Positions 1 to 13,277 of a stretch of 63,509 nucleotides of DNA are shown in pieces. Below the pieces are notes generated by a model. It saw nothing but the letters and a program-made list of their open reading frames with translations, was not told the origin of the DNA and did no database searches. Made by a program: the position numbers and the translations under genes. Each line of letters starts with the position of its first letter. Position 1 is the stretch's first letter. The DNA is from Octopus bimaculoides. Taxonomy: Eukaryota. Location of the stretch: the NCBI RefSeq assembly GCF_001194135.2, contig NC_068987.1, forward strand, positions 85,249,418 to 85,312,926, given 5' to 3'.

Positions 1-1045
1 TATATATATATATAGATAGATAGATAGATAGATAGATAGAAAGATATACATATATATATTGTTAGTATAAGTACCAATAGTACCTTTGTACCTATCGTCT
101 AAGTACTTTCAAAAGAAAACAAATAGAGGTAAAATATAATAGGAAGTGGAGTCGAGTTATTTGACGAAAACTCTCCAAGGTGGTGCCCCAGTATGGTCAC
201 ACACTCCAGTGACAAAAACAAATAAAATAAATATAAAGAAGTATATATGTAGGCAAGAAAACTAGTTATTGCCATATAAAATAATTACTACCAAACATAA
301 CACAATAACCAAACATGAACCTAAAATATATGCTACAGAGATTATTAAATGATAAAGGATTAAAATACAAATCCTTTAATATAACGCTTGGATGTTCGTT
401 ATCACAACGTGTATGAGGTTATTTGAGTCCTTTTTAGTAGGGAGTTCTGAGAAGGATTAACACTGAATATTAATTATGAGATTATCAGGTTGGTGTGAAG
501 CAGTACACAATTAAAAAGGTAAAAAGGTTATTAAGAGAGTGAAGTTGTAACACTTTAGTACTGGCGGTGTGGTTCATGTCTATAAACTTCTTCAATCCAG
601 CTTCGTACAGCTAATCCGACGCGAATTTTTCATTAAACATGTACCTATGTATTTTAGCATATTGGAAATATGGCGAAAATCTATACAAATCTGAGGCGTC
701 TATATGCATGCTTGCATATATACATACATAGGTGCATATTGGCATTTTTACATATATGCATAGCTACGTGCAACGATTCCACGTGGAATAAAGGTGGAAG
801 TTTTCAAGATACAACTTCACCTCCTGTTTTCAGGGTTTCAGATTAATCGACATCATGGCAAGAAACTCAAAAGATGGCAGCAATGTCCACCAACAGCAAA
901 TCGCATAACGCCAACAGCCAATCGCATAAGGATGGCCATCTTTTATACTAAGACAAAACAATGTACATGATAACAGTTCAAATCAGTTAAGATTTGAAGC
1001 CATGAGAGCCAATGCCTGTTACTGCATCAGGGCATATTATTATCA

Positions 1046-1113
<68 letters not shown>

Positions 1114-1270
1114 GCTGTTGTTCCCTGTTGCTATTGCTCTCATTTAATAATACATATTCTAAAATTGGAATGGCAAAGAAAGCTTGTCATTTATTAATGC
1201 CAGTACTAGTGGCATCACATCCCCATCATTATCATCATCATCATCATCATCATCAATACAACATCATAAC

Positions 1271-1305
<35 letters not shown>

Positions 1306-2317
1306 CCACGTTCTTCAACTTGTCTAGCTTTCTGTCCAATCTCTGACAATTTGGTCCATGTGTATTTACTGTTAATCTTCTTAATCCATTTGGCAGACGA
1401 CTGTTAATTTGCATATTATTTTGTGAAGTCATTGAATGGTAATTAACGAACGGCGGGGGTGGAGGTGGATACACGAGAATGTCGAGGAGAAGAGAATCGA
1501 AGGAGAGTAGTGATAATGTTAATGTATGTCGGTATGTAGGGTCGTGTATGTCTGTGTGTTTATACATATCTGTGTGTGTGTGTATGCGTGTGTTTATGCA
1601 TATGCGTTTGCGTGTGTATGTATATGTATGAATCTGTGCTTGTATGTAAGTATCGGTGTTTGTGTGTAAGAATGTATCGTTGTATCTATAGATGTGTATG
1701 CGCATGGATGTATGTACGCATGTGTTTATGTATGGATGATTGTATGCGTGTAGGCATGTATATAAACATGTGTGTATGCGCGTGTGTTTCTGTGTGTTTG
1801 TGTATGTATGTGCGTATTTATGTGTATATCCTTGATTGGATGAACGAATGAATGTATTAATGTGTATGTGTGTCTTGTGTATACATGTGTGTATTTAGAT
1901 GTATACGCGTGTGAGTATGAGCGCGTTTTTATGGTTCTATGTATAGACGCGTGTGTTTTAAATGTATACTTGTGTATGTATATGTATGTGGGTATGTATG
2001 TACCCGTGTATTATGCGCATGTGAATGTAAGCATATGTTCGTGTGTGTATGTAAATATATATAAGTGTGTGTTTGGGTGTGTGTGTGTGTGTGTGTCGTA
2101 GATGAAGAGTTTTCAGTGAGTGATGTTAAGAGAGTTAGCTAACCTACGTCACAGTCAGTATGGAAGGAGAGAATGACAATAATTCAATTACCTCTCGTGA
2201 TTGAGCGTTAGCAGAAAAAAGAAAAAGAAAAAAACAAGAAAAAAAAAAGACTCTTTCCAGGTGGCAACGAAACTTAGCGAGAAGACAAATACACACTTAG
2301 CAAAAATGCAATACTGA

Positions 2318-2342
2318 TGATAATGATAACAACAACAACAAC

Positions 2343-2438
<96 letters not shown>

Positions 2439-2569
2439 GATGATGATGGAGATATTGTTGTTTTTGTTGTTAGCGGTGGAGGTGATCATTATGAAGGTAA
2501 TTCTTCTTCTTCTTCTTCTTCTTCTTCTTCTTCTTCTTCTTCTTCTTCTTCTCATCATCATCATCATCA

Positions 2570-2618
<49 letters not shown>

Positions 2619-2627
2619 TACTATTAC

Positions 2628-2663
<36 letters not shown>
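2318..2663. repeat. Compound trinucleotide array (AAC/AAT/GAT ... TTC/CAT/TAT)
   Basis: Read directly from the sequence. Confidence 0.97.
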
Positions 2664-3143
2664 CATTATTTTCATTCCCTGTTTTTTCAAAATTATTTTT
2701 GTTCTTTCAACCCAAATCGAAAGTGTCAACTTAAGTTCATTCCAAGTGCCATCTTAATTTTATTTTCGGGGTAATTTTCTGTTGTCGTTTTTCCTTTACT
2801 TTTAATCATTGTTTTGAACGTTTTCGATAACGTAGACAAGTTTATATTTTCCCCCTTTTATTTCAATCTTGCTATATTTTCTTTTCTTTTATATTATTTT
2901 GTAATTAACATATTTAATTTCGATAGGTGACTAAAAAAAGGATGCAGATCCCGAGGAAGAAATGTACAAAGTCCTTTTGTAATTAACTGCAACAACAATA
3001 GCATCACATGCACATATATACAGACATACATATGTGTGTGCATTATATATATACATACGTACATGCATATATACATACATACATGCATATTACTTGTACC
3101 ACATCCTCACGTTGTTTTTTCATGTTTGTTCTTTGTTTCGACT

Positions 3144-3197
<54 letters not shown>

Positions 3198-3672
3198 TGT
3201 GTAGTTTCATTTATTTCACATAATTTAAAATAATTTGCCACCAAGTCAATTATTTTACAGTGTGTATGAAAGGACCATACTCTTATTGGTGTTTACAGAC
3301 ATTGTTCACTGTACCTTTTCCTCAACAATACATGGATTACACCTTAAAATTCCTTACAAAATCTCATAGACTTTAATTTTTGTTTACAATTCTTTAGCAT
3401 GGGCAGAACCGCACGGCAGACTATATATATCAGATGCAGAATCTTTACAAAGAGTAACGGTACATTCTTAATCAAATGAAAACAAAGAATGTGTTTGGTG
3501 CAGTGTCAGCTGTTATGCAAATCTGCTTTTCGTTACTTCTAAAATAACGCGTTTATATTTAAGTAACTTCACTTTTCACACTTTAACATTCCACAAAAAC
3601 GTTTATATCACACACACATACACACATATACACATGTAAAACTACAGTAATACTGTATGTTACAGGAAAGCA

Positions 3673-3870
3673 GTTAGCTGGCAGAATCGTTAGCACATCG
3701 GGCATAATATAATAATTAGCGACGTTCCGTCCATCTTTATGTTCCGAGTTCAAATTCCGTCGAAGTCGACTTTGCTTTTCATTATTTCTCACTCGATAAA
3801 ATAAGTACTAGTTGAGCACTGGGGTCGAAGTAATCGATTTTACTCCTCCACCAGAATTTAAAACCAAAAT
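3673..3870 (+). mobile_element. SINE family A, diverged
   Basis: AGCTGGCAGAATCGTTAGCAC...GAGTTCAAATTCCGTCGAAGTCGACTTTGCTTTTCAT...GATAAAATAAGTACTAG...CTGGGGTCGA. Confidence 0.8.
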
Positions 3871-4299
3871 TGCATGTCGCAGGTGTTATCAGAACTAGAA
3901 AGAATCGATAAGATGCCGTTAGGTATTCATCGAAGGCTCCAACAGTTCTGCCAATCTACAAGTCTATATTGATGCTTTAGTTAAACTAGTCCGAAGGAGT
4001 GAACGACAAACATGGCGTCAGAACGACTGGAACTTAGAACGTAAAAGAAGTAGAGAAACTAGAGCAGGGCTTAGTTCCTTCAGTTCACCGCCGGCCCCTA
4101 ATGTTAAACGTTATCCTCCTGGAAAGATAAACGGCAAAGCAGGCAAAATTTGAACACAGAATTCTATGAGTCGAAGGAAATAGTCTTAGGAATTTTCTAC
4201 AACACTTCACCAATTCCACTAGTCTACTGCTATGTAATGTCACCTTATTTTATCGGTTTCAGAAGACTTCCATATACTTTGTTGGTCCCGCGTCGGGCG

Positions 4300-4720
4300 A
4301 CGCACGATCCCATCACATCACTTCATCAGGACTCCATAGGCATCTACTCTCGACCGCTGCCCAATTGCTGCCATGCTTTTACACTTTGAACTGTTTTCGT
4401 AGCATATGATTTTGTTTTTATCTTCGGGGACAGGGTGCTAACCTGAAGCCCAAATACTTACATTTAGGAAAGTGCCTGTATGTAGCGCTGTCTCTGTCGA
4501 CTGATCGACGAAGTGCAAGAGGTTTAGTTTGAGACGCTTTCAGTCTCGGACACATGGTCGTTGATCATCTTGAAATTCCTCCGTCCTGGCCGGTGACCAT
4601 TGCTGCAGTTCCACCGCCTGCCTAGTGGCGCATTGTCAACACCGCCGTCTCAGACGTGGTGTACCGGGGTGTGGCACTTGGAGCCGGCAAGTGAAAGATT
4701 TGAGGGTTGAATGAGAGACA
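4300..4720 (-). mobile_element. Possible non-autonomous RTE-derived element (5'UTR-like motif plus short 3' part)
   Basis: Minus-strand TTGGGCTTCAGGTTAGCACCCTGTCCCCGAAGATAAAA resembles the RTE 5'UTR 'GTTGGGC...GGCTAACAACCC' motif. It is followed by AWQQLGSGRE-like codons and a TGATG-type tail. The region is GC-richer than its flanks. Pattern recall only. Confidence 0.3.
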
Positions 4721-6613
4721 GGTAGGGAGCAGCGTATTAGATACCAAAGGTATCATATTTACGTAGAGAAGGGATTTCATTTCACGCCATTTTGCTAATC
4801 CACTGTCTTAAACAACAGCAACATCTATTAAACAACAGCAACATCTATTGGGTAGCTAAATTCGGTTATTTTATCTTAATCCTTTCTCTTCTTAACTGAA
4901 TTAACACACAAATTTTTTCATCGTAGTGTTTTATGGTTCTTTTTTTTGTGATGCTCTATTTTACTTCCAGAAATTTTTGTTTATCGCGTTTGAAATCTGA
5001 ATAAATTTTACCTGCTTTGAGAGATATGGAGTGCCATGTAGAAAAAAAGAAAAAAAGGTGTGGGTGAACGAATTTTTCTGACAACGAAATGCAATAACAA
5101 TGATGACGACGACCACGATGACATCACCACTTTCATCAACAATTTACGGCAAAAAACGGAAATTATAACTGAATATTCTACTTTAAGAAAGAAACCAGGA
5201 TTTCACTAATAGGTGTTGATAGCCGACTGACACTTCCATACAAAGCTTAATCGAATCGAACACAAAAATTCGTAACATAAATAGAAACGATAATACATAA
5301 AACGAGATTGTGAGGGCATTTAATGGCTCCTCACCCGCAGGCAAGCACACATGCACCTTCCTACTAATAAACGAAATGGCGAATTGGGTCCGGTTTCAGC
5401 AAATGTTCAAATTAATCCTTACTTCCGGTTGAACGTGTAATTTAGGTGTTTGCAACATACCAGCATAAAAGAAGTAAGCGATGTAACGTAATGTCTCACA
5501 AAAAGGCTTCCCACGGTGTTACTGACTGCTTTACCATAATTTGAACTAGTCAAAGAAAGTGGGTTTCCAGTTACATGTGTGGTGTATGGTTTGTAAGATT
5601 AATGCAAAAGCAAGAGACATGAAAATCTTCATTTGCCTTTAGGCGTTTCTTAGTCTTTTAAAACCTATCTTTATGTCCCCACAGCATGATACTTAGACAC
5701 ACACAAGCATTCCACGCATAAATATTTATGCATACACCACGCACACAAACACAAACACACACATACATACATACATACATACATACATACATACATGTAT
5801 GCATGCATACATACATACGAACATATAAAATTGTTGTACTTGGTTTTGTGTGTAACTGCGTATATGACTATCTGGAAAAGTTAGTTTTCAGAAAAAAAAA
5901 GAAAAAAAGAAAATCAACCAGTTAACACGCACATAACAAATACAATATGCAAACGGAACAGTAAAAATACGAAAGACTTTTCTTAGTTTGAACTGTGAAT
6001 ATTGTCTACATTCCATCATTATCTTATCTGTTTCAGACGGAGGCTGTGGCCATGCTGGGGCATCGCCATTAGTACAAACGCTGGTTTATTTTAGACTCAT
6101 TTCCTAATCGTATCTCCTGAATCGGTTTTGGAGAAGTAGTGAGTTGAACAGAGTTGTCTTTCTTTGTGTGTCTTGCTATGATGCAAATTCATCGGGCAAA
6201 TCCGATCAAACATTCTATAATTGTTCTTTAATCACAGCCACATCAACACCTCGTAGATCTCAAAGGATATTTTGGTAAGATATTGAAAAGTTTCGGTCAC
6301 TTAAAATTCTAAGCTGTCACAGTATTGGGTTCTTAATTTAGACCGGTGATGAGCAACTTGCGGCCCGCTGAAATTTCTAAATGACACACCTAACAAAAAT
6401 TTATCTTGAATGTTTTTTGTTTTTTTTCTTTAATACCGCTGCCTACTTAAAGACGTCTCATGAAGCAAGCTTCTCGAAAAGGGTTGTCCATGTCTCTTCT
6501 TGATGGAGAAGAAGGTAGGATCTTTGGGACGAAGCAGTGGCATCTAGTCATGCGATTGGCAAAGCAGTCCATCCCAAAGATAGAACCAGACGTTTGAAAA
6601 TTTTCCGTGTATG

Positions 6614-6654
<41 letters not shown>

Positions 6655-6713
6655 CTATATACTTTCCGCATCGTCTCTTCAGGGAGTAGAGCCTCAGGTC
6701 TATACAGACAGGA

Positions 6714-6744
<31 letters not shown>

Positions 6745-6783
6745 CATACATACATACATACATACATACATACATGCATACAG

Positions 6784-7012
6784 CGGTCAGCTGGCAGAAA
6801 CGTTAACACTCCGGGTGAAATGCTTAACAGTATTTCGTCTGCCGTTACGTTCTGAGTTCAAATTCCGCCGAGGTCGACTTTACCTTTCATCCTTTCGGGG
6901 TCGATAAATTAAGTACCAGTTACGCACTGGGGTCGATGTAATCGACTTAATCCCTTTGTCTGTCCTTGTTTGTCTCCTTTATGTTTAGCCCCTTGTGGGC
7001 AATAAAGAAATA
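6784..7012 (+). mobile_element. SINE family A (tRNA head plus MetaSINE-like central domain), young full-length copy
   Basis: Head AGCTGGCAGAAACGTTA... with B-box GAGTTCAAATTCC. Body GAGGTCGACTTTACCTTTCATCCTTTCGGGGTCGATAAATTAAGTACCAG resembles the Meta domain as I recall it. Tail is GCCCCTTGTGGGCAATAAAGAAATA. Confidence 0.9.
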
Positions 7013-8357
7013 ACATACATACAGGCAGAATCGTAGACAGACAGAAAGTCATAAATTAAAGGTTGAAAATGCTAAAACATTTTGCTGGATGCTGAAACTT
7101 TAGAAATCGTTTCGTTTTGGCTCCATGTTTATAAAACGCACGCACACGCACACGCACACACACACACACACACACATATATATCCTTAAAAGGGCCTTAG
7201 AATTGAATCCATGTTGTGAATTACATCTCGAGATGTAATGCAGTCTCTCTCCCTTTCTTTCTTTCTGTCTCTCTCCCTCTCTCTCTCTCTCTTCTGTATA
7301 AACATATCTGTAATTCTTTAGAGTTTTCGAAGCCTACATCCACAATGGTGCTCTATGTATTGCTAACGCTGCCCTATATCTTTCTTAATATCTTTTCTGC
7401 ATATCCTGAGGCGCCATGTTCTGTCGAGTTTTAACTATGCCAGCGAACGGATCATTGATTTTATGAAAGCATCTCCATTCTTTCTAGAAGTCTTTGCATA
7501 TTGTCGACCAAGAAACCTAGATAACAATATATTTGAATAATATTTCATAGTTTAGATTTTGGTATACATTCTGAACAATTTTGGGCATATCTGCACACCG
7601 ACACCGAAAGAATGCACGCGTTCAATTTTACACCTGTGCGAAAACAATGATTATTTCCTCTACATGTTTATATATGTTTATATATACACACGCATATATA
7701 TATATATATATATATATATANNNNNNNNNNNNNNNNNNNNNNNNNNNNNNNNNNNNNNNNNNNNNNNNNNNNNNNNNNNNNNNNNNNNNNNNNNNNNNNN
7801 NNNNNNNNNNNNNNNNNNNNNNNNNNNNNNNNNNNNNNNNNNNNNNNNNNNNNNNNNNNNNNNNNNNNNNNNNNNNNNNNNNNNNNNNNNNNNNNNNNNN
7901 NNNNNNNNNNNNNNNNNNNNNNNNNNNNNNNNNNNNNNNNNNNNNNNNNNNNNNNNNNNNNNNNNNNNNNNNNNNNNNNNNNNNNNNNNNNNNNNNNNNN
8001 NNNNNNNNNNNNNNNNNNNNNNNNNNNNNNNNNNNNNNNNNNNNNNNNNNNNNNNNNNNNNNNNNNNNNNNNNNNNNNNNNNNNNNNNNNNNNNNNNNNN
8101 NNNNNNNNNNNNNNNNNNNNNNNNNNNNNNNNNNNNNNNNNNNNNNNNNNNNNNNNNNNNNNNNNNNNNNNNNNNNNNNNNNNNNNNNNNNNNNNNNNNN
8201 NNNNNNNNNNNNNNNNNNNNNNNNNNNNNNNNNNNNNNNNNNNNNNNNNNNNNNNNNNNNNNNNNNNNNNNNNNNNNNNNNNNNNNNNNNNNNNNNNNNN
8301 NNNNNNNNNNNNNNNNNNNTATATATGTATATAATAACAAAAATAATTATATGCATA

Positions 8358-8709
8358 TTGTTGTTGTTGGCACTCTGTCGCTTTCGACGTCGAGGGTTCC
8401 AGTTGATCCGATCAACGGAACAGCCTGCTCGTGAAATTAACATGCAAGTGGCTGAGCACTCCACAGACACGTGTACCCTTAACGTAGTTCTCGGGGATGT
8501 TCAGCGTGACACAGCGTGACGAGGCTGACCCTTTAAATTACACGTACAACAGAAACAGGAAGTAAGAGTGAGAGACAGTTGTGGTGGAAGAGTACAGCAG
8601 GGTTCGCTGCCATGCTGTGCCGGAGCCTCGTGGGGCTTTATGTGTTTTCGCTCAATAAACACTCACAACGCCCGGTCTGGGAATCGATACCGCAATCCAT
8701 AAGGACGAG
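8358..8709 (-). mobile_element. SINE family D (tRNA head; 3' tail ...GGATCAACTGGAACCCTCGACGTCG...GTGCC(AAC)n)
   Basis: TTGTTGTTGGCACTCTGTCG...GTTCCAGTTGATCCGATCAACGGAACAGCCTGCTCG... through to the reverse-complement B-box GGGAATCGATAC. Confidence 0.88.
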
Positions 8710-9169
8710 TGTTTGTGTGTTTCTCTGTGTGTGTGTGTGTATGTGTGTGTGTGTGTGTGTGTGCGGAGGTGATGAGAACGTTCTGACTTTTGCTACTTAT
8801 CGTCGAACCGGACCTGCTGAACAATCCCGTCATGACCTCCACTGCTATTCTTTCTAATCCTAAAACTTGCACTGATTAACAGCATATTAAAACCCAGATT
8901 TTAGCCAATTTATTGGGGGTCATGCAGGTACAGAGGACACTGGCTGAGCATTAGAACAAATATGATTATCTTAATTCTTAATATTTAAGCTATTAATAAA
9001 TGGAATAAGAGAGAAACATAAATATTTTCTACGCGCGCGCGCGCGCGAGCATACACATGCACATGTGAACAAACTCATGCGCGCGCGCCCAGGCCGAATA
9101 TATCCATTTCTAGAATTATAAATATTTTTCGATTTTTCATGTGCGTCACTTCTACTTCTTTCTCGTTCT

Positions 9170-9230
<61 letters not shown>

Positions 9231-9347
9231 NNNNNNNNNNNNNNNNNNNNNNNNNNNNNNNNNNNNNNNNNNNNNNNNNNNNNNNNNNNNNNNNNNNNNN
9301 NNNNNNNNNNNNNNNNNNNNNNNNNNNNNNNNNCACACACACACACA

Positions 9348-9421
<74 letters not shown>

Positions 9422-9423
<2 letters not shown>

Positions 9424-9625
9424 CTCTTTTACTTGTTTCAATCATTTGACTGTGGCCGTGCTGGAGCACCGCCTTTAATCGAGCAAATCGACTCCACAGG
9501 ACTTACTCTTCGTAAGCCTAGTACTTATTCTATCGGTTTTCTTTTGCCGAACCGCTAAGTTACGGAGACGTAAACACACCACCGACGGTTGTCAAGCGAT
9601 GTTGGGGGGGACAACCACAAACACA
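9422..9625 (-). mobile_element. SINE family C, 3' half
   Basis: CTCTTTTACTTGTTTCAATCATTTGACTGTGGCCGTGCTGGAGCACCGCC...GGTTGTCAAGCGATGTTGG. Confidence 0.88.
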
Positions 9626-9874
9626 CAGACATACACACACACACACAAATACACCATACATACCTACACACATACACACACACACACGCAAACACACACA
9701 CACATATACACACATACACACATATATGTATATAATATATACATACACACCAAATACATTATACAAAAATTACTATGCATCATTGTGATTGTAGCCATTT
9801 TTTCTGGTTGTGTGCCTATATGTGTATATCTGAAGTTATCATCATCGTCATCATCGTCATCGTCATCGTCATCG

Positions 9875-9905
<31 letters not shown>

Positions 9906-10864
9906 CACCATCATCATCATCATTGCATGACATCTCTTGATGCTACGAACGAACTAGAATATGAAGTCTGTGAAACCAGAAGCAACAGGAAAATATTTGT
10001 CAAGAATTTTTTGTTTCATTTTAATAAAAACATAAGTTAAAAACTGAAATCTCCTTTACAATATTTTACATAAAAAGAAATACATTAAAAGGACATATGA
10101 CCTCAAACAGAGACACAAACAACAGTAATGAAGATGTATAAAAACGTAAAAATGACAGCAAAAACGCTAGAGAGAGTATAAAGTCTGGAAACAAACAAGA
10201 ATGAAAGGAATGGAGAAAGAAATACAAAAAAGAAAAAAATGCGTATGGGAGAATAAAGAAAGAAAAGGTGAAATAAACATAAAAAACAAAAAGTTTACAA
10301 AATGTCTGCTCTATAATGATAGCTGGGAGACAGAAAATGCACAAGATGGAAGTGGAGGATGAAAAGGATGAGGAGGAAGCTGGGGAAACATTACAAATAG
10401 AACATACGGGCATTCTGATTGCACATATGAGAGTACCTGAAGGAGGTTGAATGATGATGGTTTTGGTGGTGAGCGTAATGAAGTTCGACTAGAGAGGTAC
10501 GGTGGGAACGCATTGTTAATTTCCCATGAGGGTTTAAAGTTCCGCCAAAAAAAAAAAGAAATAATGAATGAAATATAAAGATACAAAAAAAAATACATTG
10601 TAAAAATAAGCAAAGAAGCCCACATTCCCTAAAAAAAATGTGAACTATATAGTGATGTATGTTGGGTAAGATGTAAAGTTTGTTCGGTGGGTAAAGGGAG
10701 CGGGTTAGGTAAGGGGAATGGAGGGGCCTAGGTGGATATAGGCAGGTAAGGTGAGGAAATAAAACGGAATTGGCAAGTAGAAAAATGGGGAAATACAAAA
10801 ACAAAACAAAAAAGAAAAAGAAGTTTGGAAGATGCTTTTTTGGGGCGTTGAAATATTTCCGGGG

Positions 10865-11059
10865 AATAATAATAATAATAATAACAGCAACAACAACAAC
10901 AACAACAAGAATAGTGGTGGTGGTGGTGGTGGTGATGATGATAATGATGATGATGATGATGATGATTTCATTTGCCACAAGGGCATCAGATGGAGGATAA
11001 CAACAGCAATAGTAGTATTGATAATAATGGTGATGATGATGATGATGATGATGCTCATG

Positions 11060-11090
<31 letters not shown>

Positions 11091-11164
11091 TAATAATTTT
11101 TTATTTGCCACGGGGACATCAGATGAGGAATAAGAACAACAGCAACGATAACAATAATAATAAT

Positions 11165-11217
<53 letters not shown>

Positions 11218-11240
11218 TAATAATAATAATAATAATAATA
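10865..11240. repeat. Compound AAT/AAC/GGT/GAT arrays
   Basis: Read directly from the sequence. Confidence 0.95.
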
Positions 11241-11513
11241 AATACAAGTAAGTAGGAAAAAATAAAGCAACGAAAGAAGAGATGTAAGACAAAGAAAGAT
11301 TGAGAGGGAGAAAAAAAAGAAGGGACAGAGGGATATGGGGAGGGGCGTATAAAGAGGAGAATGAATGAATGAATGAGAGGGAGACAAAAAGAGGCGGGTA
11401 AACTGGAAGCGGAACACGAAGACAGGTAAGGGGACCTTTCTAAGAACAAAACTGATGCCTGCGTTGGTGGTATTGACTTGTTTCTTTTTCTGAAATTAGG
11501 GCAGACGCAGTGA

Positions 11514-11568
<55 letters not shown>

Positions 11569-11647
11569 GGTGGTAGCAACAGCAGCAGCAGCATCAGTAG
11601 TAGTAGTAGTAGTAGCAGCAGCAGCAGTAGTAGTGGTAGTAGTACTA

Positions 11648-11893
11648 CAGCCCGGACCGGGCTGCGTGTTGGGTTCTTGAGCAAGATACTTTATTTCACG
11701 TTGCTCCAGTTCACTCAGCTGTAGAAATGAGTTGCGACGTCACTGGTGCCTGTCTTTCCCTTGGATAACACTGGTGGCGTGGAGAAGGGAGGCGACTGCT
11801 GGTCTTCCATAAACAACCTTGCCCGGACTTGTGCCTGGGAGGGTAACTTTCTAGGTGCAATCCCATGGCCAGTCATGACCGAAGGGAGCCTCC
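11648..11893 (+). mobile_element. CORE-plus-RTE-like (Ceph-domain-like) SINE, head truncated
   Basis: GGTTCTTGAGCAAGATACTTTATTTCACGTTGCTCCAGTTCACTCAGCTGTAGAAATGAG (CORE-like), followed by CTTCCATAAACAACCTTGCC...CCCATGG..TCATGACCGAAGGG, which resembles RTE-derived segments. Confidence 0.6.
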
Positions 11894-12862
11894 GATATAT
11901 ACATACATGCATACATACATACATACATACATACATACATACATGTATGTGTGTGTGTATGTATATGTGTGTGTGAATGTATGCATGTATGTAAGTATGT
12001 GTACGCATGCACACAAATATTCATTGATACTATTTATAAACTGAAGAATGGTTTTCAATTGGATATACGTGTGTGCATGTGTGTGTTTGTAAATATACAT
12101 ACACACATATGTATGTGTGTGTATGTATGTGTGTGTGTGTGTGTGTGGGGATGTGTGTATATAAATACACGAGGAAAATGTAATGAATTACAAAAAAGCA
12201 CAAAATGAATAAAGCTTCAATGACTTGTCAGATGAACGTTGTCATGGAAACGGAAAATACATTAACGTTTCGGACATTCGTCCTTTTCAGAAGAAAGAAA
12301 GGATTGCATACATACATGCATACATTTGTGTGTGTATGTGTGTGTACGTGTGTATGTGCGTGTGTGTACGTGTGCGTGCGTGTGTGTGGGTGCTGTGAGA
12401 TGAAAGAGAGAAAAGAAGAAAGCGGGTGAAATGTTAGAAAGAAAGTGGGAATGGGGGTGGGTTTTATGTAGATGAGTTAAGGATGGGTTAAGGGGTAAGC
12501 AGAAGTCTAAGGGAGTGTTAATGCAGTGTATATATGTGTATAGAGGTGTGTAAGTATGGGTGTATACTTGAGTTGGTTAGTAGGGGTGAGTAGTGTTGGC
12601 AAGAGCGTGTAATTGTTTGGCGGGTGTTGTAAATATGAGGGTGTAAGGAGTTCAGAGCGGATACAAATTTGCGATTAAGGCTGTAGGTGATACAAATGGG
12701 AAAGGGAGAACAATGCGGAAGGGGCCACTGATATGCGTGTGGATGTGTAAGAAAAAGTACATAGGAGTGTAAAATATGTAACAAATGTTCCTAGGCGTGT
12801 AAAATTGTTTTAAAAGATGCAGACTGTAAAGAATGTAAAAAAAAAAAAAATTGCTAAAAATT

Positions 12863-13025
12863 GGCGCAGGAGTGGCTGTGTGGTATGTAGCTTGCTTACC
12901 AACCATATGGCTCCCAGTTCAGTCCCTGTGCGTGGCATCTTGGGCAAGTGTCTTTTGCTATAGACTCGGGCCGACCGAAGCCTTGTGAGTGGATTTGGTA
13001 GACGGAAACTGAAAGAAGCCCATCG

Positions 13026-13073
<48 letters not shown>

Positions 13074-13277
13074 NNNNNNNNNNNNNNNNNNNNNNNNNNN
13101 NNNNNNNNNNNNNNNNNNNNNNNNNNNGTGTGTTTGTTTGTGTGTCTGTCTTTGTTCCCCCAACTTCGCTTGACAACTGATGCGGTTCGGCAAAAGCGCC
13201 CGATAGAATAAGTACTGAAAGCGGCGCTCCAGCATAGCTCCAGTCAAATGACTGAAACAAGTAAAAGAATGAAAGAA
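12863..13277 (+). mobile_element. SINE family C (tRNA head, CORE-like CTTGGGCAAGTG, internal TA/TG microsatellite, 3' tail), near full length
   Basis: GGCGCAGGAGTGGCTGTGTGG (A-box region)...CAGTTCAGTCCC (B-box)...GGGCAAGTGTCTT...GACGGAAACTGAAAGAAGCCC-(TA)(TG)-...CGCTTGACAAC...CAGTCAAATGACTGAAACAAGTAAAAG. Confidence 0.9.

Noticed and set aside
4808-4849. Exact 20-bp tandem duplication TTAAACAACAGCAACATCTA
   Set aside because: Real but ordinary local slippage or duplication, with no spacer structure.
12863-12935. tRNA-like sequences with A/B boxes (also 19831, 44500, 60933)
   Set aside because: They continue into SINE bodies and lack a complete cloverleaf, so they are SINE heads rather than tRNA genes.
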